The notes beneath the pieces were generated by a model. It saw nothing but the letters and a program-made list of their open reading frames with translations. It was not told the DNA's origin and ran no database searches. A stretch of 64,000 bases of DNA, taken from assembly GCA_036495585.1 (NCBI GenBank), contig DASXMP010000127.1, positions 12,749 to 76,748 on the forward strand. Direction: 5' to 3'. The stretch comes from Streptosporangiaceae bacterium. GTDB taxonomy: Bacteria > Actinomycetota > Actinomycetes > Streptosporangiales > Streptosporangiaceae. Each line of letters starts with the position of its first letter. Position 1 is the first letter of the stretch. This document shows positions 47,788-57,268 of the stretch, one piece after another. The translations under genes and the position numbers were made by a program.

Positions 47788-50700
47788 TCAGGCGCGCAGG
47801 CGCAGGCCCTTGGGGGTCGGCCGGAAGCCGGACGCTTCGAGGGCGCGGGCCAGCGGTGAGTCATAGACGCCGCCGCCGTCGGCTCGCTCGACTGTCAGCC
47901 GGCCGAGTGCGCCAGCTCGCACCGCAGCAGCGAGGGCAGCCGCGGCAGGCTCGAGCAGTGCCGGGTCGCTGGTCCACGAGAGCAGGGTCTTGCCGCCGCG
48001 CTCCACATACAGGACGAGGGCGCCGTCGGCCAGGATGACCAGCGCGCCCGCCTTCCGGCCCGGCCGATGGCCGGTGGCGGACTCATCTGGCCGGTCCGGC
48101 CAGGGCAGCGCGGCGCCGTAGGCATTCGCCGGATCGGCGGCAGCCAGCACGACGAGCTTCGGCCCGGAGGCCGGCCGCCCGCGCCCGCTGGTGTCCCAGG
48201 GCTGCGGTGGTTGCGGCATGGTGCTGGCGCCCGCGGTGTCCCACGGGTCGCTGGCGAGCGCGCCGCCGGGGCCGCGGGTGTCCCACGGATCAGCGAGGGT
48301 AGCGGTCGCCCGCGTCGACTCCGCGATCGCACGCATCCGGTCGACCGCGCCGGGCAGCGCGAACTGGGCGGCGCCCAGGCCCTCGACGAAATAGCCGCGG
48401 CGGCACTGGCCGGCCTCCTCCAGCGCACGCAGCACCGGGTACAGGGCGCCGAAGCCGCCGGCGATCCGCTCGGCCGCGGCGGCGCCCCGGATCAGGATGC
48501 CGTGCCGGTCCAGCAGCGACAGTGCCTGGGCGTGCAGCCGCCGGGTCGGATCGGATTCTCGCGGCGGTAGCACTGACCACCGGCCGGTCACGGTGGGCGG
48601 GCCGGTCCGCGACGGCAGTGCGGCGCGGCCGAACCCCGGCCGGCGGCTGACCGCCAGGCCTGGACGGCTGGCCGGACGCGGCCGCGGACCAGTGCCAAAA
48701 CCCATAGCGGTCACCGGCTCGTCCGCGTCGCCCGGCGCATGCGGCCTGCTGGCGACCGTCGGCCGGCCACTGGTCAAGACGGTTCGCAGCGGCGCCAGCG
48801 TGTCGTTGGTCAGCAGCCCGGCCCAGACCAGGTCCCAGATCGCGCTGGCCACATCCCGGTCGCTGGCGCCGAGTGCCCTGCTGCTCTGATCGGCCAGCCC
48901 GGCGGCTACCCGGTCGGCGATCGCGCGGAAGAACAGGGCCCCGCCGCCGGCCAGCACGCCCAGCACCGCGTCGTGCACCGGCGTCGTGGAGACCTCGGTC
49001 GGCTCGGGCAGTACCAGCGGTGCGAGCCCGGCCGGGGCCAGCGTGACCCAGCCGTCGCTGCCGGGCAGCCCGCCAGCGCCGGCCCAGGCGATCTCTCCGG
49101 CCGCCGTCAGCTCGTCCAGCAGCGCAGGCGAGTAGCCGGGCACGCGACCTGGCAAGATCAGGGTCTCCAGCGCGGACGCGGGGACTGTCACGCCGGCCAG
49201 CTGCTCGACGACGTCGTAGACCTCATCTGCTCGTGCGGACCGGGCGCGTCCGCCACGAAACTCCGCGCGGTCCGCTCGCTGCCACGCCGGCAAGAATGCC
49301 GCAAACGCCGCAGGCGGTGCCGGCTCGACCTCCTTGCGAAGCTTGGCCAGGCAACGGCGGCGCAGCAGGCGAAGGACACCGGCCTCGCACCAGCCCGTTC
49401 CCTCCGAAGGATCGAAGTCGCCCTCCGTCAGCACGCCATCGGACGCCAGCCGGTGCAATGCGCCGGCGACGACCGCAACGCCGAGGCCGTAGCGGGCGGC
49501 CGCGGCGGCAGTGCTGAACGGACCGTGCGTGCGCGCGTACCGCAGCACCAGATCGCGCAGCGGGTCGGCGACCGGCTCGGTGAACGCTTCCGGGACGCCG
49601 ACGGGCAGCGCCACGCCGAGCGCATCGCGCAGCCGGCCCGCGTCCTCGATCGAAGCCCAGCGCTGCTCGCCGGCGATCCGCAGGTCCAGCACCCGGCGCT
49701 GGGCGGCGAGATCGGCCAGCCACCCGGGAGCGGCCGCCGGGTCGGTTGACCGCTCGGCGGCCTCTGCGCTGGTCAGCGGGCCGAGGGCGCGGAGCATGTC
49801 GGCCACCGCCTCGGCGTCGCGGCACGTCCGGCCCGGAGCCAGCCGCTGCAGCTCGCGCTCGGCCTCCTCGACCACCAGCGGATCGAGGAGCTCGCGCAGC
49901 TCGGCCTGGCCCAGCAACTCGGCGAGCAGCGCGGAGTCGAGGGCGAGGGCCTGCGCCCGCCGCTCGGCCAGCGGCGCGTCCCCCTCGTACATGAACGCGC
50001 CCACATACCGGAACAGCAGCGACTTGCTGAACGGCGATGCCGTTGGCGTCTCCACCTCGACCAGCCGGACGCGGCGGGCGCTGATGTCGCGCATCAGCGC
50101 GGTCAGCCCCGGGACGTCGAAGACGTCCTGCAGGCACTCACGCATCGTCTCCAGCACGACCGGGAACGTGCCGTACTGGCTGGCGACCGTGAGCAGCTGC
50201 GCGGCTCGCTGCCGCTGCTGCCACAGCGGCGTGCGGCGGCCTGGCTGGCGGCGCGGCAGCAGCAGCGCCCGGCCTGCGCACTCACGGAACCGCGAGGCGA
50301 ACAATGCTGACGATCCGAGCTCGGCGGTGACCAGCTGGTCGACCTCGTCCGGGTCCAGCATGGCCACCCCGGCCGGCGGCGGGTCGTCGGCGTCCGGGAC
50401 CCGGATCACGATGCCGTCGTCGGTGTGGATGGCCTGCACGTCCATGCCGCCGTAGCGCTCACGCAGCCGCGCCGTGATCGCCAGCGCCCACGGCGCGTGC
50501 AGTTGCGACCCGTACGGGCTGTGCAGGACCAGGCGCCAGTCGCCGAGCTCGTCGCGGAACCGCTCCAGCACCAGCGTCCGGTCGTCCGGCAGGTACCCGG
50601 TCGCCTCGCGCTGCTCGTTTAGGTAGGAAACGAGGTTGCTCGCCGCCAGGTCGTCCAGCCCCGCGCCGCGCAACCGGGCCAGGGCCTCATCCTTGGTCGC

Positions 50701-52803
50701 CGCCCCAAGCTCGCGGCAGAAGGTTCCGATCGCAGCGCCGAGCTCGGCGGGCCGGCCCGGGGCATCGCCCTTCCAGAACGGCAGCCGACCGGGCAGCCCG
50801 GCGGCGGGGGAGACGATGACCTGGTCGGCCGTGATGTCCTCGATCCGCCACGAGCTGGCGCCGAGCACGAACACGTCCCCGACCCTGGACTCGTAGACCA
50901 TCTCCTCATCCAGCTCGCCGACCCGGCGGGAGTGCCTGCCTGATCTGTCGGTCTGGGCACCAGCGAGGAAGACCCCGAACAGCCCGCGGTCGGGGATCGT
51001 GCCGCCATTGCTGACGGCGAGCCGCTGGCTGCCGGGACGGCCGGTCAGCTTGCCGCTGGTCCGGTCCCAGACGAGCCGTGCGCGCAGCCCGGCGAAGTCC
51101 TCGCTCGGGTAGCGCCCGGCCAGCATGTCCAGGACCGACTCCAGCACCGCCCGGGTCAGCCCGGCGAAGGGGGCTGCGCGCTTGACCGTCTGCTCAAGGT
51201 CGCCCACGTCCCAGTCGTCCATCGCGGTCATCGCCACGATCTGCTGGGCCAGCACGTCGAGTGGGTTGCGCGGCATGCGCAGTTCCTCGATCTGGCCGGC
51301 GTGCATCCGCTGAGTGACAACGGCCGCCTGGATCAGGTCACCCTGGTACTTGGGGAAGAAGATGCCTCGCGACTCGTCGCCCACGTGGTGCCCGGCGCGG
51401 CCGGTGCGCTGCAGGCCGCTCGCCACCGAGGGCGGCGACTCGACCTGGATGACCAGGTCGACCGCGCCCATGTCGATGCCGAGCTCCAGGCTAGAGGTAG
51501 CCACCACAGCAGGCAGCGTGCCGGACTTGAGGGCCTCCTCGATCTGGCTCCGCTCGGCGCGCGAAACTGAGCCGTGATGAGCCCGGGCGACGATCGGCGG
51601 CGCGCCATCGCCTGCGCCGGCCTGTCCCATGAGCTCGGCCGGTGGCCGGGAGAACGCGTGGTCCACCGAGGGTGCACCGTCCAGGCCGGCGTAGTCCGCG
51701 GTCTCGTCGGCACCGGCTGTGCGCTCGGCCGCGAGTTCGTTCAGCCGGGCGCAGAGCCGCTCGGCCAGGCGGCGCGAGTTGGCGAAGACGATCGTGGAGC
51801 GGTGGCTCAGGATCAGGTCCAGGACCCGTTCCTCGACGTGCGGCCAGATGGAGTGCTGGCGCACCGGATCCCCATCGGGTGCGCCGTAACCAGTGCCTGG
51901 CGGGTGGCCAGTCGCCGGAGCCCTGCCGTTGGCCGCCGCGCCGTTGGCCGCGCCCTTGACCACCGTCCCGTCCGCCATCGGCACCCGGACGCGGGTCGAG
52001 CCGACCCGGCTGCCTTGCTCGGCTGCCTGCAGGTCCGCCATGTCCTCGACCGGGACCACGATGCGCAGGTCCAGTCGTTTCTCACTGGGCGGCGCCACGA
52101 TCGTCACCGGCTGCGCGCCGCCGAGGAACGTCGCCACCTCCTCCGGCGGCCGGACGGTTGCGGACAGGCCGATGCGCTGCGCTGGCCTCGGCCCGGTGCG
52201 CAGGGCGTCCAGCCGCTCGAGCGAGAGGGCCAGGTGCGCGCCGCGCTTCCCCCCGGCCAGCGCGTGCACCTCGTCCACGATCACCGTCTGGACCTCCCGC
52301 AGGCCCTCCCTGGCCTGAGAGGTCAGCATCAGGAACAACGACTCGGGCGTGGTAATCAGGATGTCCGGCGGCTTGCTGACCAGCCTGCGCCGTTCGTCCG
52401 CGGCCGTGTCGCCGGTCCGGACCGCGACCCGGATGTCCGGCTCGGGGAGGCCCAGCCGATGCGCCGCGTGGGTAACCCCGGTCAGCGGCGAGCGGAGGTT
52501 GCGCTCCACGTCCACGGCGAGGGCCTTGAGCGGGGACACGTACAGCACCCGGCAGCGCTGCTTGGGGTCGGCCGGCGGCGCCTGGCTGGCCAGCTTGTCG
52601 ATCGCCCAGAGGAAGGCTGCCAGCGTCTTGCCGGAGCCAGTCGGGGCGATGACCAGCGTGTGCTCGCCCCGGGCAATGGCCTCCCAGGCCTCCGCCTGGG
52701 CCGGCGTTGGCTGGGCGAATGCCGAGGTAAACCAGGCCCTGGTCGCCTCGCTGAAGTCTGCGAGCCCAGGGCCGGTCACGCCGCTGCCGGAATCCTGAGC
52801 CAT
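47788..52803 (-). CDS. lhr: Lhr-family large ATP-dependent helicase (1671 aa)
   Basis: Motifs APTGSGKT, DEVH and SATV form the SF2 core. The long Lhr-type C-terminal extension follows. ATG 52803 is preceded by GGAG. Confidence 0.9.
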   Translation of the reverse strand: MAQDSGSGVTGPGLADFSEATRAWFTSAFAQPTPAQAEAWEAIARGEHTLVIAPTGSGKTLAAFLWAIDKLASQAPPADPKQRCRVLYVSPLKALAVDVERNLRSPLTGVTHAAHRLGLPEPDIRVAVRTGDTAADERRRLVSKPPDILITTPESLFLMLTSQAREGLREVQTVIVDEVHALAGGKRGAHLALSLERLDALRTGPRPAQRIGLSATVRPPEEVATFLGGAQPVTIVAPPSEKRLDLRIVVPVEDMADLQAAEQGSRVGSTRVRVPMADGTVVKGAANGAAANGRAPATGHPPGTGYGAPDGDPVRQHSIWPHVEERVLDLILSHRSTIVFANSRRLAERLCARLNELAAERTAGADETADYAGLDGAPSVDHAFSRPPAELMGQAGAGDGAPPIVARAHHGSVSRAERSQIEEALKSGTLPAVVATSSLELGIDMGAVDLVIQVESPPSVASGLQRTGRAGHHVGDESRGIFFPKYQGDLIQAAVVTQRMHAGQIEELRMPRNPLDVLAQQIVAMTAMDDWDVGDLEQTVKRAAPFAGLTRAVLESVLDMLAGRYPSEDFAGLRARLVWDRTSGKLTGRPGSQRLAVSNGGTIPDRGLFGVFLAGAQTDRSGRHSRRVGELDEEMVYESRVGDVFVLGASSWRIEDITADQVIVSPAAGLPGRLPFWKGDAPGRPAELGAAIGTFCRELGAATKDEALARLRGAGLDDLAASNLVSYLNEQREATGYLPDDRTLVLERFRDELGDWRLVLHSPYGSQLHAPWALAITARLRERYGGMDVQAIHTDDGIVIRVPDADDPPPAGVAMLDPDEVDQLVTAELGSSALFASRFRECAGRALLLPRRQPGRRTPLWQQRQRAAQLLTVASQYGTFPVVLETMRECLQDVFDVPGLTALMRDISARRVRLVEVETPTASPFSKSLLFRYVGAFMYEGDAPLAERRAQALALDSALLAELLGQAELRELLDPLVVEEAERELQRLAPGRTCRDAEAVADMLRALGPLTSAEAAERSTDPAAAPGWLADLAAQRRVLDLRIAGEQRWASIEDAGRLRDALGVALPVGVPEAFTEPVADPLRDLVLRYARTHGPFSTAAAAARYGLGVAVVAGALHRLASDGVLTEGDFDPSEGTGWCEAGVLRLLRRRCLAKLRKEVEPAPPAAFAAFLPAWQRADRAEFRGGRARSARADEVYDVVEQLAGVTVPASALETLILPGRVPGYSPALLDELTAAGEIAWAGAGGLPGSDGWVTLAPAGLAPLVLPEPTEVSTTPVHDAVLGVLAGGGALFFRAIADRVAAGLADQSSRALGASDRDVASAIWDLVWAGLLTNDTLAPLRTVLTSGRPTVASRPHAPGDADEPVTAMGFGTGPRPRPASRPGLAVSRRPGFGRAALPSRTGPPTVTGRWSVLPPRESDPTRRLHAQALSLLDRHGILIRGAAAAERIAGGFGALYPVLRALEEAGQCRRGYFVEGLGAAQFALPGAVDRMRAIAESTRATATLADPWDTRGPGGALASDPWDTAGASTMPQPPQPWDTSGRGRPASGPKLVVLAAADPANAYGAALPWPDRPDESATGHRPGRKAGALVILADGALVLYVERGGKTLLSWTSDPALLEPAAAALAAAVRAGALGRLTVERADGGGVYDSPLARALEASGFRPTPKGLRLRA

Positions 52804-52939
52804 GTCTCCATCTTGCCCGGTGCCACCGACAGCCCTGACCGTTCCGTGGCTCCCAGTTCCTGCCCATGCAGAAGGAGTAGCTCGCGGCCAAAGCAGCCGC
52901 GATACTTGCACAAGGCGCACAAGTCGCACGGGGGTGCAA

Positions 52940-54145
52940 ATGGACGCTGCCCAGCTACTCACCGAGCTGCTGAGCCCGGCGGGCCGGGATGATCCCTATC
53001 CTCGCTACGCGCAGCTACACGAGCTCGGCGCGGCAACCGCAGTGCCAGGCGTGGTGGTAGTTGTCGGCTACGACGCCATCAACGGAGTACTGCGCGATCC
53101 CGCCTTCGGGGCTGCCGACGCAGAGCTGTACGACCAGATCATGCCGGGCTGGCGCGATCACCCATCGGTCAGCCTGAACGGGCTGCTGACGCTGAACCCG
53201 CCTGAGCATGGGCGGATCAGGCGGCTGGTCTCCCGCGAGTTCACCTCGCGCCGCATAGCAGCGCTAGCGCCGGCCATCGCCGCCATGACCGACAGCCTGC
53301 TGGCTGAGATGGCGGAGCGAGGAGCGGCGGGCCGCCCGGTGGAGTTCATGCACGACTTCGCCTTCCTGCTTCCGGTCACGGCGATCTGCGAGCTGATCGG
53401 TATCCCGGAGGCTGATCGCGAGACCTTCAGGCCGCTGGCGACTGCGCTGGTCGCGACGCTGGAGCCGGCCATCACGCCGGACCAGCTGGCGGCCGCCGAC
53501 GAAGCGGCCGTGCAGCTGAACGACTACTTCACTGACCTCGCCGAGCGCCGCCGCGAGCAGCCGCGCGATGACCTGCTGAGCGCGCTGGTCGGCGTCCACG
53601 ACGCCGATGACGGACGGCTCAGCTCCGCCGAGCTCCTGGACAACCTGGCGCTGTTGCTCGTTGCTGGCTTCGAGACGACCGCGAACTTGCTCGGCAACGG
53701 GCTGCGCATCATCCTGCAGGACCCCAGCATCGGCGACGAGCTCAGGACCGGATCCATACCCGTGCCTGCGTTCGTCGAGGAGGTGCTGCGGTTCGACTCA
53801 CCAGTGCAGCTGACCAGTCGTCGCCGCGCCGACCCCACGGAGATCGCGGGCGTCACTGCCACGCCGGAGGACGAGGTCCTCCTCCTGCTCGGCGGCGGGA
53901 ACCGGGACCCGCGCCGGTTCTGCCGCCCGGACACGTTCGATCCGGCGCGGGCCGACGCCGGACCGCTCAGCTTCGGCGGCGGCGCGCACTTCTGCCTGGG
54001 GGCGGCGCTGGCGCGGCTGGAGGCAGGCGTGGCATTCCCGCGGCTCCTGGCCAGGTTTCCCGAGCTGGCGCCGGCCGGTGCGCCGACCCGCAAGGACACC
54101 ATCGTGCTGCGCGGTTACGAGACGCTCCCGGTGACGGTGCAATGA
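52940..54145 (+). CDS. Cytochrome P450
   Basis: The I-helix is LLVAGFETT, the ExxR motif is present, and the haem loop is FGGGAHFCLGAALARLE. ATG 52940 follows GGGGG. Confidence 0.9.
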   Translation: MDAAQLLTELLSPAGRDDPYPRYAQLHELGAATAVPGVVVVVGYDAINGVLRDPAFGAADAELYDQIMPGWRDHPSVSLNGLLTLNPPEHGRIRRLVSREFTSRRIAALAPAIAAMTDSLLAEMAERGAAGRPVEFMHDFAFLLPVTAICELIGIPEADRETFRPLATALVATLEPAITPDQLAAADEAAVQLNDYFTDLAERRREQPRDDLLSALVGVHDADDGRLSSAELLDNLALLLVAGFETTANLLGNGLRIILQDPSIGDELRTGSIPVPAFVEEVLRFDSPVQLTSRRRADPTEIAGVTATPEDEVLLLLGGGNRDPRRFCRPDTFDPARADAGPLSFGGGAHFCLGAALARLEAGVAFPRLLARFPELAPAGAPTRKDTIVLRGYETLPVTVQ

Positions 54146-54966
54146 GTGCGCCCGACCCCGCCATGCATGAGTACTACGAGCGGGGGGAGGAAGCGGCTCG
54201 GCTGGACTCGGCCGTCGGCCGCCTGGAACTCGAGCGTACGCAGGAGATCCTGCTGCGCGCGCTGCCGCCAGCACCGGCGACCGTCGCTGACGTCGGCGGC
54301 GGCCCGGGCCGGTACGCGATCTGGCTGGCTGACCTTGGCTATACGGTGCTGCACCGCGACATCGTGCCGTTGCACATCCAGCTGGTCACAGCAGCAGCGC
54401 AGCAGGTCACAGCCGCCGCTGCCATCGAGTCCAGGCTCGCGGACGCGCGCGCCCTCGACCTCCCGGACGCCAGCGCCGACGCCGTGCTGCTGCTCGGGCC
54501 GCTCTATCACCTGGAAGCCGAAGCCGACCGCATCGCCGCGCTTCGCGAGGCCGCCCGCGTGGTCCGTCCGGGCGGACCGGTCTTCGGTGCGGCGATCTCG
54601 CGCTGGGCGCCCCGCCTGGACGGCATCCTGCGTCACCGGCTCGATCAGCAGTACCCGCAGATGGGCGATCTGGTGGCAGAGGTGGAGAGCACCGGCGTCC
54701 TGCCGCCGCTGCAGGCCGGCTCGTTCTGCGGTTACACGCACCGGCCGGACGAACTGCGCGCCGAGGTAGCCGCGAGCGGCCTGGAGGTGACGGATCTGGT
54801 CTGCGTGGAGGGCGGCGCGTTCCTGCTCGGCGACGTGGCCGAGCGGATGAGCGATCCGGCCGGGTGGCAGGTCGTGCTGGAGACCTCGCGCGCCCTGGAG
54901 CGCGTTCCTGAACTGATGGGCAACGGGCCCCACTTGCTGGTCACCGCGCGCCGTCCTGGACCCTGA
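54142..54966 (+). CDS. Class I SAM-dependent methyltransferase
   Basis: The SAM motif I is VADVGGGPGRY. The ATG overlaps the P450 stop (ATGA). Confidence 0.85.
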   Translation: MSAPDPAMHEYYERGEEAARLDSAVGRLELERTQEILLRALPPAPATVADVGGGPGRYAIWLADLGYTVLHRDIVPLHIQLVTAAAQQVTAAAAIESRLADARALDLPDASADAVLLLGPLYHLEAEADRIAALREAARVVRPGGPVFGAAISRWAPRLDGILRHRLDQQYPQMGDLVAEVESTGVLPPLQAGSFCGYTHRPDELRAEVAASGLEVTDLVCVEGGAFLLGDVAERMSDPAGWQVVLETSRALERVPELMGNGPHLLVTARRPGP

Positions 54967-54989
54967 CGACGGCCGTGAGTGCCGACTGG

Positions 54990-55007
54990 CCCGCAGCCGC
55001 CTGCGGG
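54990..55007. terminator. Short hairpin between convergent genes
   Basis: cccgcag-ccgc-ctgcggg. Confidence 0.35.
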
Positions 55008-55038
55008 TGATCGGGCACCCACGCGCCGCCAGTTGCGG

Positions 55039-55725
55039 TTAGCGGGCTGCGACCGCCTTCCTGGCGGTCCGGTACCGGTCGATGACCAGCCCGGCAATCG
55101 CCGGGTGGCTGCCCAACGGCGCGGTGACCCAGTCGGCGCCGCTGTCAGTGAGCTGGTCCTGGAAGCGGCCGGGCGCGAGCAGGTAACTGGCCACCGCGAC
55201 CGGCCCGCCGGTCTGTGACCGCAACTGCGCCACCGCCTCGGGGACCGTTGGCTGTGCCGCAGTGGCGAAGGCCGCGACCACCGGCGCGCCGCGCCGTTCC
55301 GCCAGCAGGTCTGCCTGCTGCCGCACGTCGGCCGGGCCAGCGGGGTCGGCGGATCCCGCTGCGGCCAGCACCACCGGCGTGCCTGCTGGCACCCCGGCCT
55401 CAGTCAGCCGTGCGGTCAGTACGGTGAGCAGCAACTCGTCCGGGCCGAGCGGGCCGGTCACCTGTGCACCGGCGGAGGTCACCGCGTCGACGAACTCGGT
55501 GGCCAGGTGGAACCCACTGGAGAGCAGCAGCGGCACGATGACCGGGGGCGCGCTGACGGCGCCGAGCTCGGCCGGGAGCGACGGCGACGCGTGCCCGATG
55601 AAGGCGACGCGGACGTCGAGGGATGGCGCGAGCCGCCGGATCTGACGGCCAAGCCCGCGCACCACTTCGGCGGCCGCCGGGTCGCGGCTGCCGTGCGCGA
55701 CCGCGAGCAGGGCTGGCTGACTCAT
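55039..55725 (-). CDS. cbiX: Sirohydrochlorin chelatase (CbiX-type)
   Basis: N-terminus LLAVAHGSRDPAAAEV, with a duplicated CbiX half-domain. The ATG overlaps the upstream stop (ATGA). Confidence 0.8.
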   Translation of the reverse strand: MSQPALLAVAHGSRDPAAAEVVRGLGRQIRRLAPSLDVRVAFIGHASPSLPAELGAVSAPPVIVPLLLSSGFHLATEFVDAVTSAGAQVTGPLGPDELLLTVLTARLTEAGVPAGTPVVLAAAGSADPAGPADVRQQADLLAERRGAPVVAAFATAAQPTVPEAVAQLRSQTGGPVAVASYLLAPGRFQDQLTDSGADWVTAPLGSHPAIAGLVIDRYRTARKAVAAR

Positions 55726-57092
55726 GCGATCGCCCCCAGCGTCGGCTCGGGCTGCCCAGTGCGCTCCGATCCATAAGGCGAAGGAAAAGTGTCGCTGGAG
55801 GACACTTTTCCTTCGGGATCACGAAGACCGGCGATCCTTTCGCGTAGCCGGACCACGTCGCCGATGACCACGACCGCGGGCGGCTGCACACCGGCCGCCG
55901 CGACGTCGTCCGCGGCGGCACCCAGTGTCGACGTCAGGACCTGCTGATCTGGCAGTGTCCCGTTGCTGATGACCGCGACTGGTGTCGCGGCGTCCCGGCC
56001 CCGCTTGATCAGTTCGGCTGACACCTGCGCCACATTCGCCACCGCCATCAGCAGCACCAGCGTGCCAGGGCCGTTCGCCAGTGCCTGCCAGTCCACGGTT
56101 GCCCCGGGATGCGATGGGTCGAGGTGCGCCGACACCACCGCGAAGTCCTGGCTGATGCCCCGATGCGTTACCGGAATGCCCGCGTAAGCAGGCACCGCGA
56201 CCGCGCTGGTGACCCCGGGCACGACCTGGAACGGCACGCCGGCGCGGACACACTCGAGCGCTTCCTCGCCGCCGCGGCCGAAGACGAACGGGTCGCCGCC
56301 CTTGAGGCGCACCACCCGCTGCCCTGCCAGCGCGCGCGCCACGATCAGCTCGTTGATCTGTGCCTGAGTGAGGTTGTGCGCGTGCGGCTGCTTCCCGGCG
56401 TCGATGATCTCCACGTCCGGGTCGAGCTCTGCTAGCAGCGCGCGCGGCGCGAGCTTGTCGGTCACGACCACGTCGGCCTCGGCCAGCAACCGCCGCCCGC
56501 GCACGGTCATCAGCCCTGGGTCGCCCGGTCCGCCGCCCACCAGGACGACACTACCCAGTCGGGCTCGATCGGCGGCCGGCTGACTGCGCAGCGGGCGGAT
56601 CGGCAGGCTGCCCTCGGCCAGCGCGAGCGCCATGGCGGCGCGCAGTCGCTGTGAGCGGCGCGGGTCGCCGCCGGCCGTGACTGCCACCGTGACATCACCG
56701 TGCCTGGTCACGGCCGGCGTCCACGCGGGTGATGCGCCAGCATCGTCCGCGCGTACGCACCAGATGCGGTGGCGTTCAGCGTCGGCCGCCACCCGCGCGT
56801 TGACCGCCGGGTCGTCCGTCGCGGCGTGCGCGAGCCATGCGGCCGACAGGTCGCCGCCGGTGTACCGGCGGCGCAGCACGGTGACGGGCAGCGCGGCCAG
56901 CTCGGCGCACACGTCCGGCGCGATGACGACGACGTTCGCGCCGCAGTCGAGCAAAGTCTCGGACCGGCGCAAGGCGACGCGTCCGCCTCCGACCACGACC
57001 GCACGGCGCCCTGCCATGGACAGCATCAGCGGGTAACGAGCGCCGCCGCGGCTGTCGGCGCTGGCGTTGCTCGGGTCGTCCGGGGCGGTCAT
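55722..57092 (-). CDS. cysG: Fused precorrin-2 dehydrogenase domain plus uroporphyrinogen-III C-methyltransferase (CysG-like siroheme synthase)
   Basis: The N-terminal NAD motif is [12 protein letters not shown]. The SUMT motif is [21 protein letters not shown] 57092 overlaps the stop of the micro-ORF. Confidence 0.85.
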   Translation of the reverse strand: MTAPDDPSNASADSRGGARYPLMLSMAGRRAVVVGGGRVALRRSETLLDCGANVVVIAPDVCAELAALPVTVLRRRYTGGDLSAAWLAHAATDDPAVNARVAADAERHRIWCVRADDAGASPAWTPAVTRHGDVTVAVTAGGDPRRSQRLRAAMALALAEGSLPIRPLRSQPAADRARLGSVVLVGGGPGDPGLMTVRGRRLLAEADVVVTDKLAPRALLAELDPDVEIIDAGKQPHAHNLTQAQINELIVARALAGQRVVRLKGGDPFVFGRGGEEALECVRAGVPFQVVPGVTSAVAVPAYAGIPVTHRGISQDFAVVSAHLDPSHPGATVDWQALANGPGTLVLLMAVANVAQVSAELIKRGRDAATPVAVISNGTLPDQQVLTSTLGAAADDVAAAGVQPPAVVVIGDVVRLRERIAGLRDPEGKVSSSDTFPSPYGSERTGQPEPTLGAIA

Positions 57093-57268
57093 GATGCTCG
57101 CCCGACCGCAGGGTAGGTGGGCTGCGGCCGGATCACGGCGATGAAGTGCAGGCTGAAGCCCCTGGCGCAGGCCCGGCACTCCCACTCGCCAGCGTCCGAG
57201 CTTGCGGGACGGAGATTTTCCTCGCCGCAGTACGGGCAGAAGAATGGGATCTGGCGTTCGCCGGTCAC
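57089..57268 (-). CDS. 59-aa zinc-ribbon-like micro-protein (not in the ORF track)
   Basis: [63 protein letters not shown]...CRAC provides four Cys. The GTG overlaps the sirA TGA (GTGA) and its TGA overlaps the cysG ATG (ATGA). Confidence 0.7.
   Translation of the reverse strand: MTGERQIPFFCPYCGEENLRPASSDAGEWECRACARGFSLHFIAVIRPQPTYPAVGRAS

Noticed and set aside
52866-52945. Biarylitide/cittilin-style micro-precursor gene in front of the P450.
   Set aside because: Only a 4-codon ORF (MQKE) and a TTG-initiated HKAHKSH frame without an SD were found. There is no M-x-Y-x-H-type pentapeptide ORF and no Tyr- or Trp-containing core. It is kept only as a low-confidence note in the findings.
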